In this document: piece by piece, positions 1-10,770 of the stretch
How positions within the stretch are numbered: position 1 is the first letter of the stretch
Layout: the number at the start of each line of letters is the position of its first letter
Origin: Patescibacteria group bacterium
GTDB lineage: Bacteria; Patescibacteriota; Microgenomatia; UBA1400; PJMF01
DNA length: 64,000 nt
Reading direction: 5' to 3'
NCBI GenBank assembly: GCA_039934415.1
Contig: JBDTME010000004.1
Location: 632-64,631, forward strand
Program-made: the position numbers and the translations under genes
Notes under the pieces: model-generated
Seen by the model: only the letters and a program-made list of their open reading frames with translations
What the model was told of the DNA's origin: nothing
Databases searched by the model: none

Positions 1-1144
1 CCCGCTCGCACTTATCTCTTTGCTCCTAATGATTATTCTTGTTCAAACTCGAGATTCTGAGCGCTTAAGTTTTTCCCAAGCTATTGAGTTAGGTTTGATT
101 TCCGGTTTTGGCTTTCATTTTTCAACTGCGTATGCCATATTCTACCCATTAATTATTGGAATCTGTTTATGGCATCAGAAAGTGAAATGGAAATGGAATC
201 ATTTTTTCTTATATGCAGTTTGTTTTTGGATTCCCTGGCTGCCACAGGTGGTGTTTGACTTTCGTCACCAGTTTCTCCAGATAAAGTCAGTGATTGCATA
301 TATTTGGGGACCGCGCTTGCTCGATTTTTCAGTTTGGAGGGTGATCCAAACAATGGGAACGATTAGCTCAACATTATTTTGGGCTAACTTGCCAGGTGTA
401 TCACTCATTGGTCAAAGTTTTCAAGTAAAGACCGGTTTCGCAATTGGTGTCTTTTTGTTTGTACTGTTCCTACGACAAATGATCAAGAAAAATTTGGCCA
501 AGAAGAATATGTTGTTTGAGGCGTGGATGTTTATCTTGGTGCCTTTTTTGGGGTACACGCTTTTGCATTTTAGTGTTTGGTATGTGGTGGGAATGTATCC
601 TGCAGGTGCGTTAATCATCTCCCACTATTTTTCCTCATTTCAAAAGAAGTGGCAGCTAGCTGTCTTAAGTTTGTATATTATGGCAGCTCTTTTCTCGATT
701 GGGGAATATGCCTCAAAGGGCAGAGAACAATTTTTAAAAGGGAGAAATTTTTTACCAGTAAAAATTGAAGCACTAGGAACGGTGCGAAAGTTGGCAAATG
801 GTCAGCCATTTTCTTCATATGAATTTGTGCCTGATGTCTATGATTACACGTATCAATACCTCTATTTTTGGCAGGCGCAGCACGGTTGGCAGTTACCTGT
901 GGAGTTCAGCTATCAACCTAATGTAGCAACATATTATCAACAAAAGGAAGATTTATTAAAAAGTTTTGCTGAGGAAGTGCCTCCCCCTGGGACCAAGCCG
1001 AAGTATCTGTTTTTTATTGTTGAAAAGCCAATCTATCAGAACGTATTGGATGAGTGGTGGACGCATCAATTACCACACAGAGTTATTAATGAAGTGAAAA
1101 TTTCTGAAGAGCTGACAATATATCAGGCCGTGCCGACCGAATAG
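1..1144 (+). CDS. Polytopic membrane protein, GT-C (ArnT/PMT-like) glycosyltransferase type; 5' end lies outside the window
   Basis: Frame is open from the window edge. Many transmembrane segments followed by a soluble C-terminal domain. Confidence 0.55.
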   Translation, partial: PLALISLLLMIILVQTRDSERLSFSQAIELGLISGFGFHFSTAYAIFYPLIIGICLWHQKVKWKWNHFFLYAVCFWIPWLPQVVFDFRHQFLQIKSVIAYIWGPRLLDFSVWRVIQTMGTISSTLFWANLPGVSLIGQSFQVKTGFAIGVFLFVLFLRQMIKKNLAKKNMLFEAWMFILVPFLGYTLLHFSVWYVVGMYPAGALIISHYFSSFQKKWQLAVLSLYIMAALFSIGEYASKGREQFLKGRNFLPVKIEALGTVRKLANGQPFSSYEFVPDVYDYTYQYLYFWQAQHGWQLPVEFSYQPNVATYYQQKEDLLKSFAEEVPPPGTKPKYLFFIVEKPIYQNVLDEWWTHQLPHRVINEVKISEELTIYQAVPTE

Positions 1145-1150
1145 AAAATA

Positions 1151-1849
1151 CTATCCACTTTGTCTGGTTAATCCCTGACCTTCTTGTCCGAATTGATATT
1201 GAGAGCCATATTTGGCAGAATTTTGCATGAAGAGTGATTTATTTTTTTTGCCATGAAAGGCTTGCATCCACGTATTGCCCTCTTTGACTCGTTTAGTAAG
1301 AAGAACTAAGAAGTTACGAAGTTGAGTGAAGAAATTTTCGTAGTATTTACCCGCTTCACCTTTACCCTGAAAGACTGCTGTATGGACGCTTTGATCAACG
1401 TTTCCACTCATTTTAGCAATTTCATTCACCAGTTGACCCAGCTCTTCTTTGATCTGGGTGATCATTTGCTCGCTTTTTTTCTTCTCTAAATCGAAGACTT
1501 CAGTCATTTGCATCTCTTTATGCTGAGCGAGATGTTTTTGTTTTTTCATCTCCTCTGACATCTCACCGTTCTTTTCTTGTTCCTTCTTGAGTGCGTCGGC
1601 AAAGAGATTATTCCCACCATTGTCTGAAGTGTTATCTGACTGTTTGGAATTTGAAGAGTTGTTGTCTCCACCAAAGCCAAACAAAGAATCAGCAACAAAG
1701 TCGAGCGATGCATCAATGTGCTCACCAAGGGTTTGGCTTTTATTATCTGATCTCTTGCTGCCACCCATCTCGATTAGTGAGTTGGCAAAAGGATTCACTG
1801 CTGGTGGTTTATGGCTCTGTTGGGATTGGCCAAACTTATTATTCATCAT
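1151..1849 (-). CDS. CPR-type conserved hypothetical protein (DUF5660-like)
   Basis: Low-complexity N-terminus, coiled coil and a GKYYENFF motif. Likely ATG at 1849; the ORF track starts at 1945. Confidence 0.5.
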   Translation of the reverse strand: MMNNKFGQSQQSHKPPAVNPFANSLIEMGGSKRSDNKSQTLGEHIDASLDFVADSLFGFGGDNNSSNSKQSDNTSDNGGNNLFADALKKEQEKNGEMSEEMKKQKHLAQHKEMQMTEVFDLEKKKSEQMITQIKEELGQLVNEIAKMSGNVDQSVHTAVFQGKGEAGKYYENFFTQLRNFLVLLTKRVKEGNTWMQAFHGKKNKSLFMQNSAKYGSQYQFGQEGQGLTRQSG

Positions 1850-1957
1850 TTTCAGTTTTAAAACGCAAAATACACCGCAACCTATGTTTTTTGAGATAGG
1901 ACCAGTGTCGGCATAATTTGGGGCGATTATACCTCCAAGCCGCAAGGTTTAATAGAT

Positions 1958-2896
1958 CTACTTGAGAGCAAGCAGGTATTCGAAGACTTTTTGTTTCCGC
2001 ATCATCGCTTGTACCTGTGAGCGTTTTGCGGGTGTGACCGTGGTTGGATCAGGATAGTTCTTAGTGATCATCTCATCAAGTTCTTTTTCCTTTGTTTCAA
2101 TTTTTTGATCTAACGCAATACCGTCAAGGATAATTTCGAGCTGCCAGCTAGCCAATGCACGACCAACATACTCTTGTTGAAGATCGGCTTCATCTTTACC
2201 CATCGACTTCAAATAACTAGGAAGTTCGATGTTATACATCTTCATTTGTTGTGCGAGTTGATCAAGCTGTTGTTGAGCTTCCTGGCGAACGAGTAACTCT
2301 GGAATGATAGGTTTGATTGACTCACGCAAGGCAGCGAGAATAGCGTTGAGTTTTTGATCTTTCAATGTCTGTTCATCAACTTTCTCAGTTTCTGGTGTAG
2401 GTTCTTTTTTTGCGTCAGGTTTGGCTAGTTTTTTTTGATCTGTGTCAAATTGCTTAGCAGCTTTCGATGCGATTTGCTCATATTTCCCTAGCTCGGCTGT
2501 AGGTCTCTCAGCGATGTGTGCATGAAACACCCAGTCTTTCCCCATTTCCATACTGGTAGGGTGGATTTCAGGATCACTGATTGGCTTAGCGTTAGCCTTT
2601 TTAACTGCTTCGACATAAGCTTGTGGCAACACTTTTTCAGCAGTTTCCTGGTACAGTCGTTCAAGACCGACCATCTGTTCGACCATCTTGATTGGAGCAT
2701 GACCTTTACGAAAACCGTCAGTTTTAACCAATGGCTGGTATTTGTGCAGGATTGCTTGATAGGCTACATCGACTTGTGCCCAAGGAATGGAGAAATCGAT
2801 TTGTTTACTGTCCCCGATCTCTGGATGTCGTTTGGGATCTGAAGCGTGAGAATGGGTGTGGGTATCGTCTGGTTGGGTTGTGTTTGGTTTTGCCAT
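1958..2896 (-). CDS. tig: Trigger factor lacking the FKBP/PPIase domain
   Basis: GFRKGHAP ribosome-binding signature and SurA-like C-terminal domain; only 312 aa. Confidence 0.9.
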   Translation of the reverse strand: MAKPNTTQPDDTHTHSHASDPKRHPEIGDSKQIDFSIPWAQVDVAYQAILHKYQPLVKTDGFRKGHAPIKMVEQMVGLERLYQETAEKVLPQAYVEAVKKANAKPISDPEIHPTSMEMGKDWVFHAHIAERPTAELGKYEQIASKAAKQFDTDQKKLAKPDAKKEPTPETEKVDEQTLKDQKLNAILAALRESIKPIIPELLVRQEAQQQLDQLAQQMKMYNIELPSYLKSMGKDEADLQQEYVGRALASWQLEIILDGIALDQKIETKEKELDEMITKNYPDPTTVTPAKRSQVQAMMRKQKVFEYLLALK

Positions 2897-2953
2897 TGGC
2901 AGATTTTATCATATTCTCGAAGAGATGTCAGAAAGTGTACAATAGCCTCATCT

Positions 2954-4195
2954 ATGAACACACGTCCTACCGTACTCATTCTTGCAGCAGGCGAAAACTC
3001 CCGCTTCTTCCCGTTTAATACCGCCAAACATAAGGCTGCACTTGAAATGCTTGGTGAACCGCTGATTGTCCGAACGTTACGAAATCTTCAAGAAAACCAT
3101 TTCTCTGATGTTGTCATTGTCGTGTCTGAAAAGGATTACGGTGGTAAAGGCTTAAGTGTGGCACTGCAAAGATATGACTTAGATCTCAAAATTTCGTTTG
3201 TATTACAGTCTAAACCACTAGGTGGTGGTGACGCGGTATTATGTGCTCAAGAACATCTTCGTGAACGATTTTTTGTGATTAATCCATACTACGTTGGTGT
3301 GGGTGAGGTATTAGAAAGGCTTTTGAAAGAATCGACACAAAATGTGCTGGCTGCGACAGAAACAGATCGACCCTGGGAGTATGGAATATTTGAATTGGAT
3401 GGTGAACGAGTTGTTGGCATTATCGAAAAACCAGAAGTTGGTACTGAGCCGTCTCGTTTAAAAAACGAGGTGTTACATTTACTTGGTCAAGAATTTTTAA
3501 GCATCTTGAAAAATCTGCCTTCAGAACAGAACAGTTATGAAAAAGCCTTGGATCATTTGATTAAAAAAACTACTGTGGGCATTGTAAAATTAGCTATTCC
3601 CCTTGCCTCTTTGAAATATCCTTGGCATTTGTTTGATTACCAATCACTATTATTTAGTAGAACAGAATCAAGCACTGCAATTGATGCACACGTTTCCCCT
3701 ACTGCTGTAATTGATGACACAAAAGGTCCAGTCGTGATTGAAAGTGGTGCATACATCGGTCATGCCGTAAAACTGCTTGGTCCATGTTATATCGGTCGAC
3801 ACGCGTATGTGGGAGATTTCTCATTCATTCGAGGTGCTAGTCTAGAAGAAGGTGTGGTCATTGGATCAAATACTGAAGTTGCCAGATCAATCTTTTTTCC
3901 GCATTCAGATATTCATTTTGGTTACATTGCGGATTCTATTGTTGGAGTAGGTGTGACGATCGGAGCCGGATTAATCACTGCAAATAAGCGACATGATCGA
4001 GAGAATGTGTTAGTTGAAGTCAAAGGTAGAAAAGTGGATTGTGGCGCAAACAGATTGGGCGCAATGTTTGGTGATGGAGCCAAGATTGGGGTCAGAACAA
4101 CTACAATGCCAGGTGTGATTGTAGGCGCAGCTGCAACTGTTTTTCCTTCAATGACTGTATATAAGAATGTTGAGAGTGGTGCAGTACTTAAATAA
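2954..4195 (+). CDS. Sugar-1-phosphate nucleotidyltransferase with hexapeptide-repeat domain (archaeal-type GlmU-like)
   Basis: ILAAGENSRF and EKP motifs, C-terminal left-handed beta-helix repeats. Probable ATG at 2954. Confidence 0.85.
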   Translation: MNTRPTVLILAAGENSRFFPFNTAKHKAALEMLGEPLIVRTLRNLQENHFSDVVIVVSEKDYGGKGLSVALQRYDLDLKISFVLQSKPLGGGDAVLCAQEHLRERFFVINPYYVGVGEVLERLLKESTQNVLAATETDRPWEYGIFELDGERVVGIIEKPEVGTEPSRLKNEVLHLLGQEFLSILKNLPSEQNSYEKALDHLIKKTTVGIVKLAIPLASLKYPWHLFDYQSLLFSRTESSTAIDAHVSPTAVIDDTKGPVVIESGAYIGHAVKLLGPCYIGRHAYVGDFSFIRGASLEEGVVIGSNTEVARSIFFPHSDIHFGYIADSIVGVGVTIGAGLITANKRHDRENVLVEVKGRKVDCGANRLGAMFGDGAKIGVRTTTMPGVIVGAAATVFPSMTVYKNVESGAVLK

Positions 4196-4240
4196 AAACG
4201 CTTTATAATTTTTCAGAATCATTCGCATTTTTTAAACACT

Positions 4241-5353
4241 ATGTCTTCTAGTTTTTCATCACTAAAAACATTTCGAAAAGAAACAACACCTCGTATTCTC
4301 AAGACGTTAGAAGATTTTTTTGATAACCAACTCAAAAAGGCAGAAGAAAAAGATGAGGTCTTGTTAGAAACTGTTCAGTTATTGAAAGAGTTTACTTTAC
4401 GAGGCGGCAAACGAGTGGGACCATTAATGGTCATCCTGGGATATCAGCTGGCACAGGCTTTGAGCCCCAAAAAATCAGAAGGTGGTGACATTATTCGAGC
4501 AGCAGTTTCTGTTGAAATACATCATCTGTATTTATTAAATTTAGACGACATGGCAGATAGAGATATTCTACGTCATGGTGGCAAGACATTAGAGGAATAT
4601 TATCGCTCTGAGATTTTTCAAGCGTGGCCTGATAAAGACCACCATGGTCGAACTTTTTCTTCAATCGCTGGAGCTTTACTAAACTCTTTTACTTTTGAGC
4701 TGATCAGAACATCTGGTTTTGAAGCTGAAAAAATTCTGGCTGCAGAGGGTGTGATTATTGATATGCTGTTTGGCGACACAGTGGCAGGTTGGCAAATTCA
4801 GTACTTCCAAAACAATGAATCAATTTCAACTGTGAGTGAAAAACGATTTTTGAAAGGTTTGGAGTTTGTAACAAGTCGATACAAATTTGTTGGGACACTG
4901 TTAATAGGTTTGGCTTTGGCACTTGACCCGAGTGATGAGCACTTTCCTCAACTAAAGCAGATTTTTACTGAGTATGGTAAGCATGTTGGAATTGCTTTTC
5001 AAATACAAGACGATATCTTGGGTTTGTTTGGTGATCCAAAAGAAACTGGTAAGGCAGTTGGTAATGATGTTCGCGAAGGAAAAAAGACTTTATTGATACA
5101 GTATGCATATCGTAACGGGAATGCACAGCAGAGAAAACTAATTGAATCTGCACTCAATACACCACTTTCTCAAACTGAATTGGAAAAGATTCAAAAAGTG
5201 GTCACTGAAACTGGGTCACTCGCCTACTCTCATCAACTAGCTGAACAACACGTACTCGCTGCTGTTACGGTTTTAGAGCCGCTTGCCTCTGAGTTCCCAC
5301 AGGTCCAAGTGTTAAGAGAGCTGGCTCAGTATATGATCCAACGATCAGTGTAA
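4241..5353 (+). CDS. Polyprenyl (GGPP/FPP) diphosphate synthase
   Basis: GGKR, DDMADRDILRHG (FARM), FQIQDDILG (SARM) and GKKT motifs. Confidence 0.9.
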   Translation: MSSSFSSLKTFRKETTPRILKTLEDFFDNQLKKAEEKDEVLLETVQLLKEFTLRGGKRVGPLMVILGYQLAQALSPKKSEGGDIIRAAVSVEIHHLYLLNLDDMADRDILRHGGKTLEEYYRSEIFQAWPDKDHHGRTFSSIAGALLNSFTFELIRTSGFEAEKILAAEGVIIDMLFGDTVAGWQIQYFQNNESISTVSEKRFLKGLEFVTSRYKFVGTLLIGLALALDPSDEHFPQLKQIFTEYGKHVGIAFQIQDDILGLFGDPKETGKAVGNDVREGKKTLLIQYAYRNGNAQQRKLIESALNTPLSQTELEKIQKVVTETGSLAYSHQLAEQHVLAAVTVLEPLASEFPQVQVLRELAQYMIQRSV

Positions 5354-7939
5354 TTAATTATGCATCAGCATTCCATTGGAAGACTGTTGTTTCACTTTCT
5401 TAGAAGTTCGTGGTGAAAGTGGTTTTTTTAAAGCAACTTTTAAGACTTCATCCATATGCTCCACAAAGTGGAACTTAATCTGTTTTTTAACTGAGTCAGG
5501 AATTTCTTCCATATCTCTCTCGTTCTTTTTTGGCAAGATTGCGATGGTGCTACCCGCTCTTTTAGCTGCGATCAATTTTTCCTTGAGACCACCAATTGGG
5601 AGTACTCGACCGCGCAATGTGACTTCACCTGTCATACAGACCTCTCGTTTGACTGGGATGTCGGTAAACGCAGAGACGATTGCAGTGGTAATCGTAATAC
5701 CTGCTGATGGTCCATCTTTAGGCACAGCTCCTTCTGGGACGTGAATGTGGACGTCAGTTTCCTGCATTTTCTTTGCACTGATACCGAGTTTTTCTGCCTG
5801 TGATTTAACGTAAGTCAATGCGATTTGAGCTGACTCTTTCATGACATCACCCAATGTACCTGTGAGTTTTACTAGACCTTTACCTTGAGTCAGAGTAACT
5901 TCTATGAACAATACGTCTCCCCCAACACTCGTCCAAGCTAGACCTGTAGCTAAGCCGATTTCATCTTTTGCTTCAGCAAGGGTGTGGTCATATTGTTCTG
6001 GACCCAATAGTTTAGACACATCATTCTGACCGATTTTCTGGCTTTTAATTTCACCATCGGCCAGTTTTTTAGCTATTTTTCTGACCAATTTACCGGTTTG
6101 ACGTTCCATTTCTCGCACACCAGCTTCTCTGGTATAGTGCTGAATAATGGTTGTAATAGCATCATCACTGATCGTGACCTGTAGTGGAGTAACTCCGTTA
6201 TTTCCTAATACTTTTTCTAACAGATGATCTTTGACAATATGGAACTTTTCTTCTTCTGTATAACCAGAGTACTGAATAATCTCCAATCGATCGCGTAAAG
6301 CAGGTGGGATAGTTTGAAGAGTGTTAGCTGTCGTAATAAATAACACTTCAGATAAGTCAAAAGGTACTTCTAGGTAGTGATCAGAAAATTCATGATTTTG
6401 TTCAGGATCTAATGCTTCTAACAGTGCAGCCGAAGGATCACCACGAAAATCTGTCCCAATTTTATCAATTTCATCCATCATAAATACCGGATTTTTTTTC
6501 TTGGCTTGTTGCATTCCGTTAATAATACGTCCTGGCATTGCACCAACGTATGTTCGACGATGACCACGGATTTCAGCTTCATCCCTGATGCCGCCCAATG
6601 AAATTTTGACAAACTCTCGACCGAGTGCTTCAGCGATGGATTTACCAATACTGGTTTTTCCGACCCCAGGTGCGCCGACAAAACACAAGATAGTTGGAGC
6701 CTTCCTATCTTTATTGTCTTTTTGTTTTGCCTTAAGTTGAATGACGGCCAGGTATTCAATGATACGGTCTTTGACTTCTTTTAGACCGTAGTGATTTTTA
6801 TCCAGCACTTTTTGTGCTTTCTTTAGTGAAACTGTGCCTTTGCTTCTTGATGTCCATGGAAGGTCGGCAATAGTTTCAATCCAGTTATTGATGTATCCAG
6901 CTTCTGGATTGTTCATCGACATCCGATCAAGACGTTTGAGTTCTTTTTCTACTTTTTCCGCCACTTTCTTGGGCATTTTGACTTTAGCAATTCGTTCACG
7001 GAGTTCATCAATTTCTTCTTCCTCGTCTTTTTCTCCTTCACCAAGTTCTTTCTTCATCATCCGAATACGTTCTCGCAACACACTATCTTTCATATGTTTA
7101 TCAAATTGTTGCTGCGTTTTATTGATGATGTCGCGCTCTATCTGGTAAGTATGTAATTCTTTGGATAGTTCTTGTACTACCGCTTCTAAACGCACTTCGA
7201 CATCAACTGTCTCCAGGATCTTTTGCTTTTTGTGGGTCGTGATTTGGAGAGTGCTCGCAATTTGATCTGCTAGCTCACCTGCATTCACACCACTCATTAA
7301 CTTCATAAAGTTAAGAAATTCTACTGGTTTTCCAAGATTTACGGCCGTGTTGAAAAGTTTGGATAAATGTTTTGATAACGCAGTGATTTTGTCTTTATCA
7401 CGAACGATGTCTTCTAATATTTCTACCTCTGCCATCAGACATTCTTCTCCGGCGATAATGCGGACAATTTTTGCTCTTTTCTTACCCTGAACTAATGCAT
7501 TTATTTGATTGTTGGTATTAAGTGTTCTTTCGATGCTGACGAGTGTTCCAATTGTATATAAATCTTTTTCTGCTGGATCATCAACATTTTTGTTTTTCTG
7601 GGCGACGAGCACGACTGTGTTTTGTGTCTGTTCGGCTTTTAGTATCGCTGCAACTGATTTTTTGCGGCCGAAATTCAATACTGCTTCTGTCTGCGGAAAC
7701 ATAATACCTTCACGAACAGCGATTAGCGGTAAAAGTAGTGTGTTTTTCTTAGGAATGATTTGATTCGAATGAGGGTTTTCAGCTCCACTGCCGATAGAAT
7801 ATATCGTTGTAGGTGCACTTTCTTTAGGTGTAAGCTTTGTTGTTTCTTGAGCACCAACTTTCACCAATTTTGTAGGTTTTACCTCTGTTATCACATCTGG
7901 CAATTTGGCTTTATCGAGTTTTTTCTTGATGTCTGTCAT
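5354..7939 (-). CDS. lon: ATP-dependent protease La
   Basis: LON N-domain, Walker A GAPGVGKT, catalytic PKDGPSAG. Confidence 0.97.
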   Translation of the reverse strand: MTDIKKKLDKAKLPDVITEVKPTKLVKVGAQETTKLTPKESAPTTIYSIGSGAENPHSNQIIPKKNTLLLPLIAVREGIMFPQTEAVLNFGRKKSVAAILKAEQTQNTVVLVAQKNKNVDDPAEKDLYTIGTLVSIERTLNTNNQINALVQGKKRAKIVRIIAGEECLMAEVEILEDIVRDKDKITALSKHLSKLFNTAVNLGKPVEFLNFMKLMSGVNAGELADQIASTLQITTHKKQKILETVDVEVRLEAVVQELSKELHTYQIERDIINKTQQQFDKHMKDSVLRERIRMMKKELGEGEKDEEEEIDELRERIAKVKMPKKVAEKVEKELKRLDRMSMNNPEAGYINNWIETIADLPWTSRSKGTVSLKKAQKVLDKNHYGLKEVKDRIIEYLAVIQLKAKQKDNKDRKAPTILCFVGAPGVGKTSIGKSIAEALGREFVKISLGGIRDEAEIRGHRRTYVGAMPGRIINGMQQAKKKNPVFMMDEIDKIGTDFRGDPSAALLEALDPEQNHEFSDHYLEVPFDLSEVLFITTANTLQTIPPALRDRLEIIQYSGYTEEEKFHIVKDHLLEKVLGNNGVTPLQVTISDDAITTIIQHYTREAGVREMERQTGKLVRKIAKKLADGEIKSQKIGQNDVSKLLGPEQYDHTLAEAKDEIGLATGLAWTSVGGDVLFIEVTLTQGKGLVKLTGTLGDVMKESAQIALTYVKSQAEKLGISAKKMQETDVHIHVPEGAVPKDGPSAGITITTAIVSAFTDIPVKREVCMTGEVTLRGRVLPIGGLKEKLIAAKRAGSTIAILPKKNERDMEEIPDSVKKQIKFHFVEHMDEVLKVALKKPLSPRTSKKVKQQSSNGMLMHN

Positions 7940-7960
7940 GGAGTCCTTTTATCACTAGTT

Positions 7961-7987
7961 TTAGCATTCTAAATGAAAGACTGCTAA
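7961..7987. promoter_or_regulatory. CIRCE (HrcA operator) upstream of lon
   Basis: TTAGCATTC-N9-GACTGCTAA versus consensus TTAGCACTC-N9-GAGTGCTAA (2 mismatches), 21 bp upstream of the lon ATG. Confidence 0.8.
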
Positions 7988-8122
7988 TTGGCAACTATCA
8001 ATTTAAAGTAGCATTTTTAGATGTGGAAAAACTTTGAGGTCAGTAATACCGTCGTGACAGTTACTAAGCAGGTGAGGATGATGAACAGGGAAAACGAGAA
8101 TTTCATCGAAATTCTACTTTCC

Positions 8123-8491
8123 TCAGCGAATAAAGATCCCGATAAAGGTCTGAGTGAGGCTGAGTAAAAATGACATCAGGACAAGTGTCCCAAACTCGCC
8201 GAGTTGAATGCCTAGTAGTATGGTAGGTTGAATGGCGAATCCTGGTACAATCTGAGTGGCCAGCCAGAGAATAAAGACGTTAATGACCCAAGAGAAAAGG
8301 CCGAGTGTAACTATATTTATAGGAAGGAACATGATTTTGAGAATTGGTCTCAAAATCATTTGAAGGAGTGATAAAACTATGCCCGCGATAATTAAACTCA
8401 AATAATCGTTAACACGGACTGTCGGAACGAGAAAAGAAAGCAGTGCAATTGCTAAGATGGTTTGGATAAAACGCATGAGTAATTGTTTCAT
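8123..8491 (-). CDS. YvlD-like / phage holin family 4-TM membrane protein
   Basis: RPILKIMFLPINIVTLGLFSWVIN motif. Confidence 0.85.
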   Translation of the reverse strand: MKQLLMRFIQTILAIALLSFLVPTVRVNDYLSLIIAGIVLSLLQMILRPILKIMFLPINIVTLGLFSWVINVFILWLATQIVPGFAIQPTILLGIQLGEFGTLVLMSFLLSLTQTFIGIFIR

Positions 8492-8564
8492 AGACTTCAG
8501 TCTGGATAGTAAATATACTCTAACCGATTCTTAACGGAGTGTAAAGCGATTTTTTAAAAAGTGC

Positions 8565-10484
8565 TCATTCTTGTTGTAACCTACGAGCTTGGTTTCTTTT
8601 TTTGACAAAACCTTTATACATCTTCAGTACGAACAAGACGAATACTACAGTAAATAGAAAACTCCCCGTGAAGTATGCAATATATTGGATATTAATGTGA
8701 AGTTGTTGAAGTTTGGAACTGGCAATAACTTGATGATTAGTTTCATCTGTTCCAAGTCTCACCGTGATATTTTCTGTTTTTGTTTTGAACCACTCATCAC
8801 CGATTGCTTCAAAGGGAACTTCAATTGCTTGATATGGCAATAGTCGTTCAACTTCAGACTTACTCAAACTCAGTGAAATGTCGCTGGGTGAGTTTAAAGC
8901 TATTGGGAGGTGGTACCAAGCTGTGCCCGTTTTATTTGTAATGATCAAGGCGTGTTTACCTAACAAGTTAAAAAATGAGGAAAAAGGTTGGTCAATTTTC
9001 ACATCAATATCTGGTCGTGTCACTAAATCGTGATCAGTGACGTTCACAAAAACGTCCTTATCTTCTTGTCCGTCATATTTATATGACCCTGCGGGATATG
9101 GTTTTTCACTCGACATGCCTTGATACGCAAATACAAAATGACTGAAATCCAGGTGAGTAAAGTAATCTACTCCTCCAGTTGTATTAGTCCAAGTAGGATC
9201 CACAGGAACCCATTTCTGAGTATCTTCATCAAAGTATTCTGGCCAAGCGTGCAATACATCTTTGACCAAACTGAGTGGGCGAATTTGGGAGTTATTTGTG
9301 TAGGCAAAGCCGGTTGCCTGGCGAGCAGGTATATTATTAGCTCGGGCTATCGCAATGAAAACATCGGTGAATTCTTGGCAGACTGCATTCGTACTATTAT
9401 CTAGAGCAGCTTTGGCGCCTTGTCTATTTGTATTATTACTAATTCTCTCGTAGTTATACTGAAGTGCTTTAACGTCAAAATCGAAGATTTGACGGGGGGT
9501 CGAATATTTTTTTGCTATATTTTCAATAATAGGGTCTTTCACTTCCCAATACATGTCTTGTCTAATATGCTGCGGTTGTGGTTGTGTGATTGGTGTGTCT
9601 AAAGTTGGCTCAAGGAAAATTGTAGCGATGCCTTTCGTTGTTACTGTTTGATTTTGGTTTGCTTCTAGAATGTACGTAGCAATCCAGTTTCCATCAAGAT
9701 CAACTTCAATTCTTTCTGGTCTAGGGCTAATTTCGCTGTACTTCACTTTTTGATACAGTGTGTCCGGAGGAAGAGTAATTTGAGTTACTCCCCGATTGCT
9801 CGTCTGATTTTGAAGATTGAAGTTGAGTGAAAAGTCAAAATATTGTTTTTCACCAAAAATTATCGAAACACCATCTAAGCTATTTCTTTGATCAAATGTC
9901 AGAATGTTTTGATCACCTGTCGTGGTTAAAGTGTAATTAGAGGGATTAGCAATTGTTGGCTGTCCAAATTTCTTGGGAATTTTGAGAATTGATGTGTATG
10001 TATTGAAACCATCTGGGTCTGCAATCTTTGGAGTGTAGACTTCAAGTACGTTTCCGGAAATGATGGCTGAGTCTGGGTCGTCAAAATCGATGCTAAACTT
10101 ACGTTCCTTGTCTCTTCCTACCACAATGTCAGGAAACTCTATCCCTATTGTGGTTCCACTATCCGTTTTGACAATATTAGTTATAAGATTCGTCCCTGTT
10201 ATTAAATCTTTAATCTTAATATTTGTGATTTTGTTTGAGTTGACTTCTAATCCATACTTGGTGATATATACAGTACTCAACTTATTTTTTAAGGAAAAAA
10301 CTTTAGAAATATGCGTATTTCCAGTTAAATCAACAGTTTGAGTATTGGTGAGAGAAGAAGTAAAGTCTGTGGAAGCGGCGACAGGATTGAAAAGACCGAT
10401 GCGAAGAAATATAATGAAACTGAGGAAGCAGGAAAGAAAAGAGAAGCTAAAGCGTCGGATACTCGATATTTTCATGTATCTCAT
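8565..10484 (-). CDS. Exported transglutaminase-like domain protein with C-terminal membrane anchor
   Basis: Cys-His-Asp triad motifs AVCQEF, HAWPE and VDPTW; signal peptide. Confidence 0.85.
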   Translation of the reverse strand: MRYMKISSIRRFSFSFLSCFLSFIIFLRIGLFNPVAASTDFTSSLTNTQTVDLTGNTHISKVFSLKNKLSTVYITKYGLEVNSNKITNIKIKDLITGTNLITNIVKTDSGTTIGIEFPDIVVGRDKERKFSIDFDDPDSAIISGNVLEVYTPKIADPDGFNTYTSILKIPKKFGQPTIANPSNYTLTTTGDQNILTFDQRNSLDGVSIIFGEKQYFDFSLNFNLQNQTSNRGVTQITLPPDTLYQKVKYSEISPRPERIEVDLDGNWIATYILEANQNQTVTTKGIATIFLEPTLDTPITQPQPQHIRQDMYWEVKDPIIENIAKKYSTPRQIFDFDVKALQYNYERISNNTNRQGAKAALDNSTNAVCQEFTDVFIAIARANNIPARQATGFAYTNNSQIRPLSLVKDVLHAWPEYFDEDTQKWVPVDPTWTNTTGGVDYFTHLDFSHFVFAYQGMSSEKPYPAGSYKYDGQEDKDVFVNVTDHDLVTRPDIDVKIDQPFSSFFNLLGKHALIITNKTGTAWYHLPIALNSPSDISLSLSKSEVERLLPYQAIEVPFEAIGDEWFKTKTENITVRLGTDETNHQVIASSKLQQLHINIQYIAYFTGSFLFTVVFVLFVLKMYKGFVKKRNQARRLQQE

Positions 10485-10552
10485 TTAAAGCGTTGTATGT
10501 TGTGCTTCATTACATTTAAGAACTATTATAGTTTTTTTACTAGAAAGTAGCT

Positions 10553-10729
10553 ATGTCACTTCATATCAACAGAGAAGGTTTGAGTCGCACGAGAGTTGGT
10601 CAAACTGATGTATTAGATCCAGCCAAATTGGCGGAAGTAAAACCCTATTTACCAGATGCTTCTAAAGCTATTCTGAAACTGGCAATCAACCTTCGGAAAC
10701 AAAAAAGAATGAGAATGCAACTAAGTTAA
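10553..10729 (+). CDS. Small hypothetical protein (58 aa, MSLHINREG...)
   Basis: ATG-to-TAA ORF that fills the intergenic gap; shorter than any ORF in the track. Confidence 0.35.
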   Translation: MSLHINREGLSRTRVGQTDVLDPAKLAEVKPYLPDASKAILKLAINLRKQKRMRMQLS

Positions 10730-10770
10730 ATAAAAATCTCAGAAAGTCAGTTTAATTATTTTTAGAATTT

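Noticed and set aside
1958-2896. Trigger factor without a PPIase domain as a novelty
   Set aside because: To my knowledge this short form is common in CPR; it is recorded as a feature only.
8123-8491. Prophage suggested by a holin-family gene
   Set aside because: YvlD-like genes are commonly chromosomal, and there are no phage structural genes nearby.
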